64,000 nt of DNA, from assembly GCA_963555815.3 (NCBI GenBank), contig CAUVWX020000001.1, positions 480,001 to 544,000 of the forward strand, in the 5' to 3' direction. The DNA is from a bacterium. Its GTDB lineage: Bacteria; UBA8248; JACPRG01; G963555815. Each line of letters starts with the position of its first letter. The stretch's first letter is position 1. The notes under the pieces were generated by a model. It saw only the letters and a list, made by a program, of their open reading frames with translations. It was not told where the DNA came from and did no database searches. Shown in pieces: positions 52,100 through 60,971 of the stretch. The position numbers and the translations under genes were made by a program.

Positions 52100-53578
52100 A
52101 TGCCGCTTAAGCTCCCCGACATCAACCTCTTCGCGATCATGCCGGAGATCGCCATGACGGTCCTCGTCTGCCTCGTGCTCTTAGTGGACCTCTTTGTCCC
52201 CCAGAGGCGAAAGGCGCTCTTGGGCCTCCTGACGCTTTTCGGGGTCGTCGTGACGGGCCTTCTCACCCTCCCCCTGATCGGAATGGAGGCCGACCTCTTC
52301 AGCGACATGTACCGGGTGGACTCCTTCGCCATCTTCTTCAAGTTCATCTTTCTGGCGATAACCGCCCTCACGGTCCTCATCTCCATGCGATACCTCTCGA
52401 TAGAGGAGATCCACCTGGGGGAGTACTACGCCCTGGTCCTCTTCAGCGTCATCGGGATGATGGTGATGGCCGGGGGGAGTGACCTCCTGACCATCTACAT
52501 CGGCCTGGAGCTTCTCTCCATCCCCATCTACATGCTGGTCGGCTTCATGAAGCGAGACCTCTTGTCCCAAGAGGGAGGGATCAAATACTTTCTCCTGGGG
52601 GCCTTTAGCTCGGGGATCATCCTCTACGGGATCGCCCTCGCTTACGGCATTACGGGGACGACGAACCTCGCCGCCATGCACGCCGCCTTCGGAGAGACGA
52701 CAGGCCCCAATATTCTCCTCACCCTCTCTGTCATCATGATCGTGGCTGGGTTCGCCTTCAAGATCGCCCTCGTCCCCTTTCACATGTGGGCCCCGGACGC
52801 CTACCAGGGGGCCCCCACCTCCATCACGGCCTTCATGAGCGTGGGGACCAAGGCGGCGGCCTTCGCGGGGCTGCTCCGGATCTTCGCCGTCGCCTTCGAG
52901 GGGATCGCCGATCAGTGGGCCATCCTCCTCTGGCTCCTGGCCGTCTTCAGCATGACCTGGGGCAACATCGCCGCCATGGTCCAGTCCAACCTGAAACGGC
53001 TCCTGGCCTACTCTTCGGTGGCCCACGCCGGCTACGTCATGATGGGCCTCGTCGTCGGCAGCGAGATCGGGATGGCAAGCGTCCTCCTCTATCTGGCCGT
53101 CTACATCTTCATGAACATGGGCGCCTTCACCATGGTGATCCTCCTGTGCCGCCAAAACTTCCGAGGAGACCGGGTGGAGGATTTTCGGGGGCTCGCGAGG
53201 GCCCACCCCTTGGCCGGCATCGGCTTTGTCATCTTCTTTCTCTCTTTGGCGGGGATCCCGCCGACGGCGGGATTTGTCGGGAAGTTCTATCTCTTCTCAG
53301 CAGCCATCGAGTCAGGCTATATCTGGCTCGCCCTCATCGGGGTCCTGAACAGCGTCCTCTCCGTCTACTACTACTTCAAGATCGTCGCAAACATGTACAT
53401 GGCAGAACCGGCGGGGAAGGTCGATATCTCCACCTCCGTCCCGCTCCGTCTCGCCCTTGGCTTGATGGTGGCCGGGGTCCTCCTGATCGGGGTCTATCCC
53501 GACCCCCTGATCTCTGCGGCCAAGGCCTCAGTGGCCCCTTTCTTCCAAGGGGCGTCGGCCATCGCCCTGGTTCCCTAG
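52100..53578 (+). CDS. nuoN: NADH-quinone oxidoreductase subunit N
   Basis: PFHMWAPDAYQGAP, KRLLAYSSVAH, GIPPTAGFVGKF. Confidence 0.97.
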   Translation: MPLKLPDINLFAIMPEIAMTVLVCLVLLVDLFVPQRRKALLGLLTLFGVVVTGLLTLPLIGMEADLFSDMYRVDSFAIFFKFIFLAITALTVLISMRYLSIEEIHLGEYYALVLFSVIGMMVMAGGSDLLTIYIGLELLSIPIYMLVGFMKRDLLSQEGGIKYFLLGAFSSGIILYGIALAYGITGTTNLAAMHAAFGETTGPNILLTLSVIMIVAGFAFKIALVPFHMWAPDAYQGAPTSITAFMSVGTKAAAFAGLLRIFAVAFEGIADQWAILLWLLAVFSMTWGNIAAMVQSNLKRLLAYSSVAHAGYVMMGLVVGSEIGMASVLLYLAVYIFMNMGAFTMVILLCRQNFRGDRVEDFRGLARAHPLAGIGFVIFFLSLAGIPPTAGFVGKFYLFSAAIESGYIWLALIGVLNSVLSVYYYFKIVANMYMAEPAGKVDISTSVPLRLALGLMVAGVLLIGVYPDPLISAAKASVAPFFQGASAIALVP

Positions 53579-53709
53579 TGGTCCTCTGAATAAAATTCCC
53601 ACCTTTTGAGGCCATTGTGAAAGGCGCAGGGGTTTTGGTATAAAAGAGGCCTGGCCCCTGCCGCCCTGGTCCATCTTCAGACCCTGGATTCTCTGACGCT
53701 AAGGCACTC

Positions 53710-55128
53710 ATGGACAAAAAGCGCCGTATTTATCTTCTCCGAGACCTCCCACCCGAGGTGGTCGCCGTCGCCTTTGCGAAGACGAGCCGCTCCCCCAAGG
53801 CCTTTGACGAGATCGCCAAGGAGCTGACCGAAAGCGCCTCGGCCGAGTTCCACGAGAAATGGGTCGTCGGCTATGGCCACGCCTCGGTGGCCGAGCACGC
53901 CGTCCTCTCCATCGCCATCGAGAATGTCTCCCGTTACGCAACGGAAGTCATCGAGGCAAACCGTCTCGCCTCTTACACCGAAAAGTCCTCCCGCTATCAG
54001 GTTTTCAAGCCGGACGACTACCATGTCCCGGACGAGGTGGACGCCTCACCCCTCGGACAGGAATATCGTCAGGCCATGCGGTGGATGTTCGAGAACTATC
54101 ACGCTGTCCAGGCGAAGCTGGACGCCTTCATCAAGGAGAAAGAGGTCCTCCAAAGGAGAGAGAACGAAACGGATCGGGGATACAACGTCCGCGTTAGGGC
54201 CCACGCCCTCGACCGCTCGCGCTTTCTCCTCCCCACCGCCGCCCTGGCCAATGTGGGGATGACCGTCAACGCCCGACACCTGGAGCACGCCATCACCAAG
54301 ATGCTCTCCCACGATCTGTCCGAGGTCCGACAGATCGGGGCCACCCTGAAGGAGGTCAGCCAGGCGGCCGTCCCAACCCTCGTCAAGTATGCAGACGCCA
54401 ACGCCTACCTGAAAGACACAGGGGCAGCCCTGAAGGCGCTCACCGCCTCGATCTCGGTCGACGGCCCCCCCGTCTCAAAGGCATCCGACCCTCAGGAAAA
54501 TTATGCCCGGCTGGTCCAGGTCCCCGAAAATCCAGACGTCGCCCTGGCGGCGGCCGTCTTGTTCAAATACAGCCACCTCCCCTACGAGGTCATCCGGGAG
54601 AGGGTGGCCCAGATGCCCCGAGAGACTCGGGAAAAAGTTATCGAAGAGGCCCTGAGCCGAATAGAACGTTTTGACATCCCCATCCGGGAGATGGAGTACC
54701 TGACCTACACCTTCGAGTGTCTCGTGGACCAGGGGGCCTTCCTCGACCTCAAGCGCCACCGGATGTGCAGCCAGAGCATCCAAGCCCCGACCATCCGCCA
54801 CGGGTTCACGATCCCCGAGCTCGTCGAGGACGCCGGGGTGAAACAAGAATATCTGGCGGGGGTGGACAAGGCCGAAGAATGCTTCGAGAAGTTTTTGGCG
54901 GATTTTCCGAACGAGGCCCCCTACTTTGTCTTAAACGCCCATCACCGCCGCTTCCTTTGGCAGATGAACCTCCGGGAGGTGATGCACGTGGTGAAGCTCC
55001 GCTCCGACCCCAAGGGGCACTTCACCTACCGGATGGCGGCTCAGCAGATCTACCACGAGGTCTCCCGAGTCCACCCCCAGATCGCACGCTATATCGAGGT
55101 GAATTTAGAGCCCGCCAGCGGGAGATAA
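53710..55128 (+). CDS. thyX: FAD-dependent thymidylate synthase, long two-domain form
   Basis: GHASVAEHA and SYTEKSSRY in the N-half; KRHR and NLRE..H..KLR in the C-half. Confidence 0.85.
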   Translation: MDKKRRIYLLRDLPPEVVAVAFAKTSRSPKAFDEIAKELTESASAEFHEKWVVGYGHASVAEHAVLSIAIENVSRYATEVIEANRLASYTEKSSRYQVFKPDDYHVPDEVDASPLGQEYRQAMRWMFENYHAVQAKLDAFIKEKEVLQRRENETDRGYNVRVRAHALDRSRFLLPTAALANVGMTVNARHLEHAITKMLSHDLSEVRQIGATLKEVSQAAVPTLVKYADANAYLKDTGAALKALTASISVDGPPVSKASDPQENYARLVQVPENPDVALAAAVLFKYSHLPYEVIRERVAQMPRETREKVIEEALSRIERFDIPIREMEYLTYTFECLVDQGAFLDLKRHRMCSQSIQAPTIRHGFTIPELVEDAGVKQEYLAGVDKAEECFEKFLADFPNEAPYFVLNAHHRRFLWQMNLREVMHVVKLRSDPKGHFTYRMAAQQIYHEVSRVHPQIARYIEVNLEPASGR

Positions 55129-55324
55129 GACCCGGGGAAGGACACTTCGAGCAAACCCGCCCTCAATCCCGCAAGGCCGGCCCCCCACGACTGATCCTCT
55201 GAACACAGCGGCAGGTGGACGGACCCGAAATTGTCTGATAGAATTGAGCGTTTTGGACACAGAAGCGCGATGTCTTTCCACCCCATACAATTCCCCGGGA
55301 CTCCGGGGTGAGGAGGGTTTTTAG

Positions 55325-56503
55325 GTGCCTATCAAACCGCACGGCGGGGTCCTCGTTGACCGGATGGTCCGGGAGGAGGAGCGGCCCGCCTTGGACAAAA
55401 AAGCCCAAGGGCTGCCGAAAATCGCCCTGTCGGCCCAGGAGCATTCCGATCTCGAACTCATCGCGACGGGGGCCTACAGCCCCCTAAGGGGATTCATGGA
55501 GGAGGAGGACTACCAGGCTGTGGTGGAGGACCAGCACCTCGCCTCGGGCCTTCCCTGGACGCTTCCCATCGTCCTCGGGGTGGACGAGAAGACGGCCCAG
55601 ACCCTTTCCATAGGTGACGAGATTACCCTCACGGTCGGGAAGGAAACGACCGGGCTTCTTCGGGTCACCTCTCAGTGGAAGCCGGACAAGGAGAGGGAGG
55701 TGGAGCAGGTCTTCGGGACAAAAGATTCGGACCACCCCGGGGTTCTCCAGGTCTTCGAGCGAGGCCCTGTCCTCATCGGGGGGCCTATTAAACTCTTTCG
55801 AAGAGGGGCCGCCACCGAGTGGTCCAACTTCCATCTGGAACCCAAGGAGACCCGCCTTCTCTTTCAGCTCAAGGGGTGGAAGACGGTCGTGGCCTTCCAG
55901 ACCCGAAACCCCATTCATCGCGCCCACGAGTACATTCAGAAGTGCGCCCTAGAATGTGTGGACGGCCTCCTACTTCATCCCCTGGTCGGGGCCACCAAGG
56001 AGGACGACCTGGCGGCGGACCTCCGCATGGCCTCCTACAGGGTGATCCTGGAGAGCTATTTTCCCAAGAACCGGACGGTCCTCTCCGTGTTTCCGGCGGC
56101 CATGCGCTACGCCGGGCCGAAGGAGGCCATCTTCCACGCTATCGTGCGAAAGAACTACGGCTGTACCCATTTCATCGTGGGTCGGGACCACGCCGGCGTC
56201 GGATCTTACTACGGCTCCTATGACGCCCACCATATCTTCCACGAGTTCGAGGCCTCGGAGATCGGGATCACCCCCCTCTTCTTCGACCACGCCTTCTACT
56301 GCCGTGGGTGTGAGGCCATGATAACGGCCAAGACCTGCCCCCACGGGGAAAAAGAGCGCGTCTTCCTGAGCGGAACTCGTGTGAGGGAAATTTTAGACCG
56401 CGGGGAGCTTCCACCCCCCGAGGTGATGCGGCCTGAAGTCGCCCGGGTCTTGCACCAGGCTTACGCCGAGCGGGCAGGACAGGGTTCTGACGGCGGCTCT
56501 TGA
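55325..56503 (+). CDS. sat: Sulfate adenylyltransferase (ATP sulfurylase)
   Basis: PHGGVL, AFQTRNPIHRAH, MRYAGP, GRDHAG. Confidence 0.97.
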   Translation: MPIKPHGGVLVDRMVREEERPALDKKAQGLPKIALSAQEHSDLELIATGAYSPLRGFMEEEDYQAVVEDQHLASGLPWTLPIVLGVDEKTAQTLSIGDEITLTVGKETTGLLRVTSQWKPDKEREVEQVFGTKDSDHPGVLQVFERGPVLIGGPIKLFRRGAATEWSNFHLEPKETRLLFQLKGWKTVVAFQTRNPIHRAHEYIQKCALECVDGLLLHPLVGATKEDDLAADLRMASYRVILESYFPKNRTVLSVFPAAMRYAGPKEAIFHAIVRKNYGCTHFIVGRDHAGVGSYYGSYDAHHIFHEFEASEIGITPLFFDHAFYCRGCEAMITAKTCPHGEKERVFLSGTRVREILDRGELPPPEVMRPEVARVLHQAYAERAGQGSDGGS

Positions 56504-57132
56504 GGAGAGAGAAAGTGATCAAAGATAAACCCAGAGGGTTCACGGTCTGGTTCACAGGCCTTCCCTGCTCAGGGAAAAGCACGATTGCCGTTCTTCTCGG
56601 AGAGAAACTTCACGAGCGCGGTTTTCCGAACGTCGAGGTCTTCGACGGCGACGAAGTGCGCCGCAATCTCAGCGCCGACCTCGGCTTCTCAAAAGAGGAC
56701 CGCGATAAGCACATCATTCGCCTGGGATACCTCTGTCACCTCTTGACCCGAAACGGGGTTCCCAACATGGCGGCGGTCATCGCCCCCTACCGGGCCATCC
56801 GAGACGCCGTGAGGGCCGAGGTGGGGCGCTTCGTGGAGCTCTACGTCAAATGCCCTGTTGAGGTCTGTGCAAAGCGGGACGTGAAAGGGATGTACGCGAA
56901 AGCTTTTAAGGGTGAGATTAAGAATTTTACGGGGGTCTCAGACCCCTATGAAGAGCCCCTCAACCCCGAGATAACCGTCGAGACGGACAAAGAGTCGGTT
57001 GAGGAATCTGTCGCGCACATCCTCACCCGCCTGGAAGAATTCGGTTACATCGAGCCCGCCGATTACGTCTATTCCGAGGAAGAGAATCAGACCATCCAGG
57101 CCAAACTGAAAGGCTTGGGATATATCGACTAG
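56500..57132 (+). CDS. cysC: Adenylyl-sulfate kinase
   Basis: WFTGLPCSGKST, DGDEVR, RDVKGMY, FTGVSDPYE; overlaps sat stop. Confidence 0.96.
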   Translation: MRREKVIKDKPRGFTVWFTGLPCSGKSTIAVLLGEKLHERGFPNVEVFDGDEVRRNLSADLGFSKEDRDKHIIRLGYLCHLLTRNGVPNMAAVIAPYRAIRDAVRAEVGRFVELYVKCPVEVCAKRDVKGMYAKAFKGEIKNFTGVSDPYEEPLNPEITVETDKESVEESVAHILTRLEEFGYIEPADYVYSEEENQTIQAKLKGLGYID

Positions 57133-57390
57133 ATTGGGGACCAGGCGATCTCCCTCCAACTCTCCCCCTAAGAAGGGAGATAAAACCCAGTGACCCCATC
57201 GACGCGCCCTCGGAAGATCCGGGACATCAGTCGCGGAAAAGTCGTCGCCCTTTTATTCAAACGGGCCATTTTCCCCCGTCAAGCTTTTTCTACCTTCTTA
57301 CAAAACCCTGACTTTTCCCTTGACTTTAGGCCGCGTCAATCATCTAGCCTATAGACGAAGATCGTACAGCACATTTTTTGGGGGCGTTGC

Positions 57391-58215
57391 ATGGCACTGA
57401 TCCCACCGTTCTTTGTCGATTGTGTGGTCGCAATAGGAACTGATGATCCCGATGGAAATCGAACATGGATAGCGTCCGGCTTTCTCTATGGCTACCACCT
57501 AGGTGATAAACCCGATGGTAAAAAAGAATATGGGATATATCTCGTAAGTAACCGCCATGTTTTCGAAGACATGGCACAAGTCTACTTGCGGCTGAACCCA
57601 CAGGCAAATGAGCCTGATCGAGAATACACCCTTACTCTCCTAGACAATGACGGAGCGCCTCTATGGGTGCCCCATCCAAACCCTGAAATAGACGTAGCAG
57701 TAATAACGATCAATATTGGGTGGCTCGAAGAACAAGCTATGCAAGTGGCGTATTTCCGAAGTGACCTAGAAGCAAATGTTGAAAAGCTAAAAGACCTCGG
57801 AATAACTGAGGGTGACTTTGTATATGTTCTAGGCTTTCCCATGGGATTTGTAGGAGATCTGAGAAACACCGTCATAGTCCGCGGTGGTTCCATTGCTAGA
57901 ATACGCGACGTCTTGGCGGGGACCAGCCAAGAATTCCTTGTAGATGCATTTATTTTTCCAGGAAACAGTGGGGGACCGGTTGTATCAAAACCAGAGGCAT
58001 TATCGATTGAGGGGACAAAATCTCAAAAGACAGCCTTCCTCATTGGTATAGTTAAGTCGTATGTTCCGTATCGAGATGTAGCCATCAGTTTGCAGACAAA
58101 AAGGCCTAGGGTCATTTTTGAGGAGAACTCCGGCTTAGCAGCGGTTCATTCCGTCGATTGTATTCATGAAGCGATCCAGGAGCATCTCAAAAAGGAAGAA
58201 GCTAGCAAGCTATAA
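57391..58215 (+). CDS. Trypsin-like serine protease, low-GC
   Basis: Triad motifs SNRHV, EIDVAV, GNSGGP; no evident signal peptide. Confidence 0.85.
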   Translation: MALIPPFFVDCVVAIGTDDPDGNRTWIASGFLYGYHLGDKPDGKKEYGIYLVSNRHVFEDMAQVYLRLNPQANEPDREYTLTLLDNDGAPLWVPHPNPEIDVAVITINIGWLEEQAMQVAYFRSDLEANVEKLKDLGITEGDFVYVLGFPMGFVGDLRNTVIVRGGSIARIRDVLAGTSQEFLVDAFIFPGNSGGPVVSKPEALSIEGTKSQKTAFLIGIVKSYVPYRDVAISLQTKRPRVIFEENSGLAAVHSVDCIHEAIQEHLKKEEASKL

Positions 58216-58295
58216 TTATCTATTACTGATGATCAGGCAGAAATGGATATCGCTCCAATTGCCCCTCCGATCATTTCACCGGACAGGCGGGCCGA

Positions 58296-59699
58296 TCAGG
58301 CTCTGGGAGAAATCACTCGCCCGCGCATCAAGGGAGAGGCGGGAAGGCCAAAGAGGTCCAGGATGGTGGGGGTCACGTCGTAGAGGCTGAGGCCGTCGAG
58401 GCGGGTTCCCAGACCGGTCCGACCCCCTTTGAGGTCTGCCTTCTTCGCCATGATGAATATCCCGTGGGTGTCGTGGTTGGCGTCGTCAGGGCCCGTGTCA
58501 TTCTCTCGGGTGTGGATGGACCTATGGCCCACGGTCCCGACAGAGCGCCAGTCCAGGTCTCCAAAATAGACGATGAGATCGGGCGGGATCCCCCGGACCT
58601 CCTGATAGACCTCCTCGGGATAGAATACGCGGGTCCCGAGGGGGCGCCCTGATTCGTCGGAAAGCTCTTCCATGCCCTGCTTCAACTCTGCCCGAATCTT
58701 CTCCACGTCATTTGGGGCGATGACCCCCTGGGGTTCCCGGCCCTTTACGTTGAGATAGATCCGGCCATAGTACCCCCCCTCTCCCCAGACCATGGTCCGG
58801 TCCCAGTTCACCTCGAGCTTGCTGAGGGAGGTGAGCTTCTTGGGGTAGGCGGAAAGGCTCAAATATTTCTCTTTCATGAGCCATTCGTTGACGCACAGCC
58901 CCCCCTCCATCCTCTTCACCCCGTGGTCAGAGAGGACGATGATGACCGTGTCCTCATCAATGCCCTCAATCAGCTCGCCGATCTCCTTGTCCACATAGCG
59001 GTAATAATCGCGGATGACGTGCTGATAGGGGTTCCCCGGGGGGTGCTTGATGTGGTCCTCATCGTGAAACTTCCAAAAGCCGTGGTGCATGCGGTCCACC
59101 CCGATCTCCATCGACATAAAAAAGTCCCACGGCTTTCGGGTGAGGAGGTGTTTAAGAACCCTAAAGCGTTTTTCTGTCATCTCGTGGATCTGTTGGAGGA
59201 GCCGCGGTTTGTCGTCGGTCCGGAATCCCTCCACGTCAAACTGGTACCCGCCGACAAGGCGCTGAATTTCCTCCTTGAGCTCAGGGGGATGCGTGAAAGG
59301 GACCTCGGAGTTCGGGGTGAGAAAGCAGGAGATGAGGCAGCCCCGGACGGGCTTCACAGGATATGAAGGAGGGACCCCGACGACCACCACCTCCCGGCCG
59401 GTGCGGCCCAGGATGTCCCACAGGGTCTCCTCTTGGACCGAGAGAGAGCTGGTGATCCCCAGGGCCCCGTACTGATAGGAGGTCCGGTTTCGGAACCCAT
59501 AGATCCCGAGTTCTCCAGGGTCCCGCCCCGTCATCATGCAGGCCCAGGCTGGAACCGTGATGGGGGGGATGGTGCTCTGAAGAGGTCCCCAGACGCCGGC
59601 CTCCATGAGCCGCCTGAGGTTCGGAAGTTCTTGTCGCCAGCGGTCAAAGACCAGGCGAGGGTCTGCGCAGTCGAGGCCCAGGAGCAAGACCTTGGTCAT
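58296..59699 (-). CDS. Alkaline phosphatase superfamily protein (nucleotide pyrophosphatase/phosphodiesterase type)
   Basis: LLGLDCA, STIPPITVPAW, DRMHH, LSDHG, DANH. Confidence 0.9.
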   Translation of the reverse strand: MTKVLLLGLDCADPRLVFDRWRQELPNLRRLMEAGVWGPLQSTIPPITVPAWACMMTGRDPGELGIYGFRNRTSYQYGALGITSSLSVQEETLWDILGRTGREVVVVGVPPSYPVKPVRGCLISCFLTPNSEVPFTHPPELKEEIQRLVGGYQFDVEGFRTDDKPRLLQQIHEMTEKRFRVLKHLLTRKPWDFFMSMEIGVDRMHHGFWKFHDEDHIKHPPGNPYQHVIRDYYRYVDKEIGELIEGIDEDTVIIVLSDHGVKRMEGGLCVNEWLMKEKYLSLSAYPKKLTSLSKLEVNWDRTMVWGEGGYYGRIYLNVKGREPQGVIAPNDVEKIRAELKQGMEELSDESGRPLGTRVFYPEEVYQEVRGIPPDLIVYFGDLDWRSVGTVGHRSIHTRENDTGPDDANHDTHGIFIMAKKADLKGGRTGLGTRLDGLSLYDVTPTILDLFGLPASPLMRGRVISPRA

Positions 59700-60961
59700 G
59701 AGGCCATTTCCCTTGGGTGGGCGAGGAGGGCCGCATTCTCCTCCTCCCCCAGACACCGCGTGTAGATGGCCTCGATGGCCGACAAGGAGCGCCCTTCCGT
59801 CACCTCCTCCCGATAGGTCCGGGCCGCCCCGTCGCCCAGCCGTTTCGCCAGGGCGGGGGACTGAAGGATTTGGATGGCCCCCTCGGCCAGGGCTTTCGGT
59901 CCAGGCCGAGAGACAACGTAGCCGTTCTCGCCATGGCGAATCCCCTCGGCGGAGCCCTCACTGACGAGGATAGGCCTTCCAGCCGCCAGGTAGTTCAAGA
60001 GTTTAATGGGATAGCCGGAGCACCGAAGGCGCGGACAGACGAGGAGGTCGGCCCCCCGCATCAAACGCCACTCCTCATCCAAGGGAGGTTTCACGCGAAA
60101 GGAGACCCGGTCCGACAGCCCCAGGGCCCTCGCCAGGGCGGCATAACGGGAAGGGTCAGAATGGGTGGTGATGACCAGGCGGACTTCTGAGAGCCTCGAG
60201 GCCACCTCGGCGAACCCCTCCATCAGGAGGTCGATATCCTGATAAGGATGGAGGTTTCCCGTATAGAGGATGAAGGGATGGCGCTCTCCGTCTGTCCTGG
60301 AAGGAGTTCCATCGGCGGGGCAAAAGATCAGAGGGCGGATGCAGGAAGAGCGATCCGCCGCCACCCCCAAGGCCCGAAAGGCCCGAAGGGTTCTCTGGCA
60401 AAGGGCAATGCAGTGGTCTGACCGACGCGGAAGCTCCCGGTCCAGCAGTCGGCCCACCCAATGCGCCAGGGCCCGCTTCCACGAGGCCTGAAAATAGGTG
60501 GGGAGCTCCTCCTCAAGGAGGGTGTGGCTGTGATAGAGGACGGGAATGCCCGTCCACCTTCCGGCCAGCAGGGAGATGAGCAGCCCCTCGTAGCTGTGGG
60601 CGTGGAGGAGCTCAACCCCCTCCCTGCGGATGACCCGCAGGAGCTCTCTCAAGACGAAGAGGTCGAGAAGAGGCTTATAGAGATGAGGGCCCGGGTAGTC
60701 TACAGCATAACGAAGGGGACAGGCAGCCCGGTGGATCCGCAAGGAAGCGGTCGGACGGGAGCCCCCGAAGGGGTAAGTGACCACGTGAATCTTGTGTCCC
60801 CTCCTCTCGAGGCTCCCGGCCAGATCCTGGATAAGGACCTGAGAGCCCTGAACGCTTGGGAAGGGACAGGGGGCCACCATGGCCACCTTCCGACGAGATC
60901 CTGTTTCACCCATCTGAGGGAGCGTCTCAAGATCATCAAGAACGCTTAGAGAGCCGGTCAT
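59696..60961 (-). CDS. Glycosyltransferase family 4
   Basis: GT-B features HAHSYEG, YTGNLHPYQ, PIKLLNYLAAGRPI. Confidence 0.88.
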   Translation of the reverse strand: MTGSLSVLDDLETLPQMGETGSRRKVAMVAPCPFPSVQGSQVLIQDLAGSLERRGHKIHVVTYPFGGSRPTASLRIHRAACPLRYAVDYPGPHLYKPLLDLFVLRELLRVIRREGVELLHAHSYEGLLISLLAGRWTGIPVLYHSHTLLEEELPTYFQASWKRALAHWVGRLLDRELPRRSDHCIALCQRTLRAFRALGVAADRSSCIRPLIFCPADGTPSRTDGERHPFILYTGNLHPYQDIDLLMEGFAEVASRLSEVRLVITTHSDPSRYAALARALGLSDRVSFRVKPPLDEEWRLMRGADLLVCPRLRCSGYPIKLLNYLAAGRPILVSEGSAEGIRHGENGYVVSRPGPKALAEGAIQILQSPALAKRLGDGAARTYREEVTEGRSLSAIEAIYTRCLGEEENAALLAHPREMAS

Positions 60962-60971
60962 CTCTCTTTAC

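Noticed and set aside
45456..53589. Long antisense and alternate-frame ORFs over the nuo genes (also 28484..29734, 31783..32979, 36002..36955)
   Set aside because: Shadow ORFs expected from high-GC codon bias; no recognisable motifs
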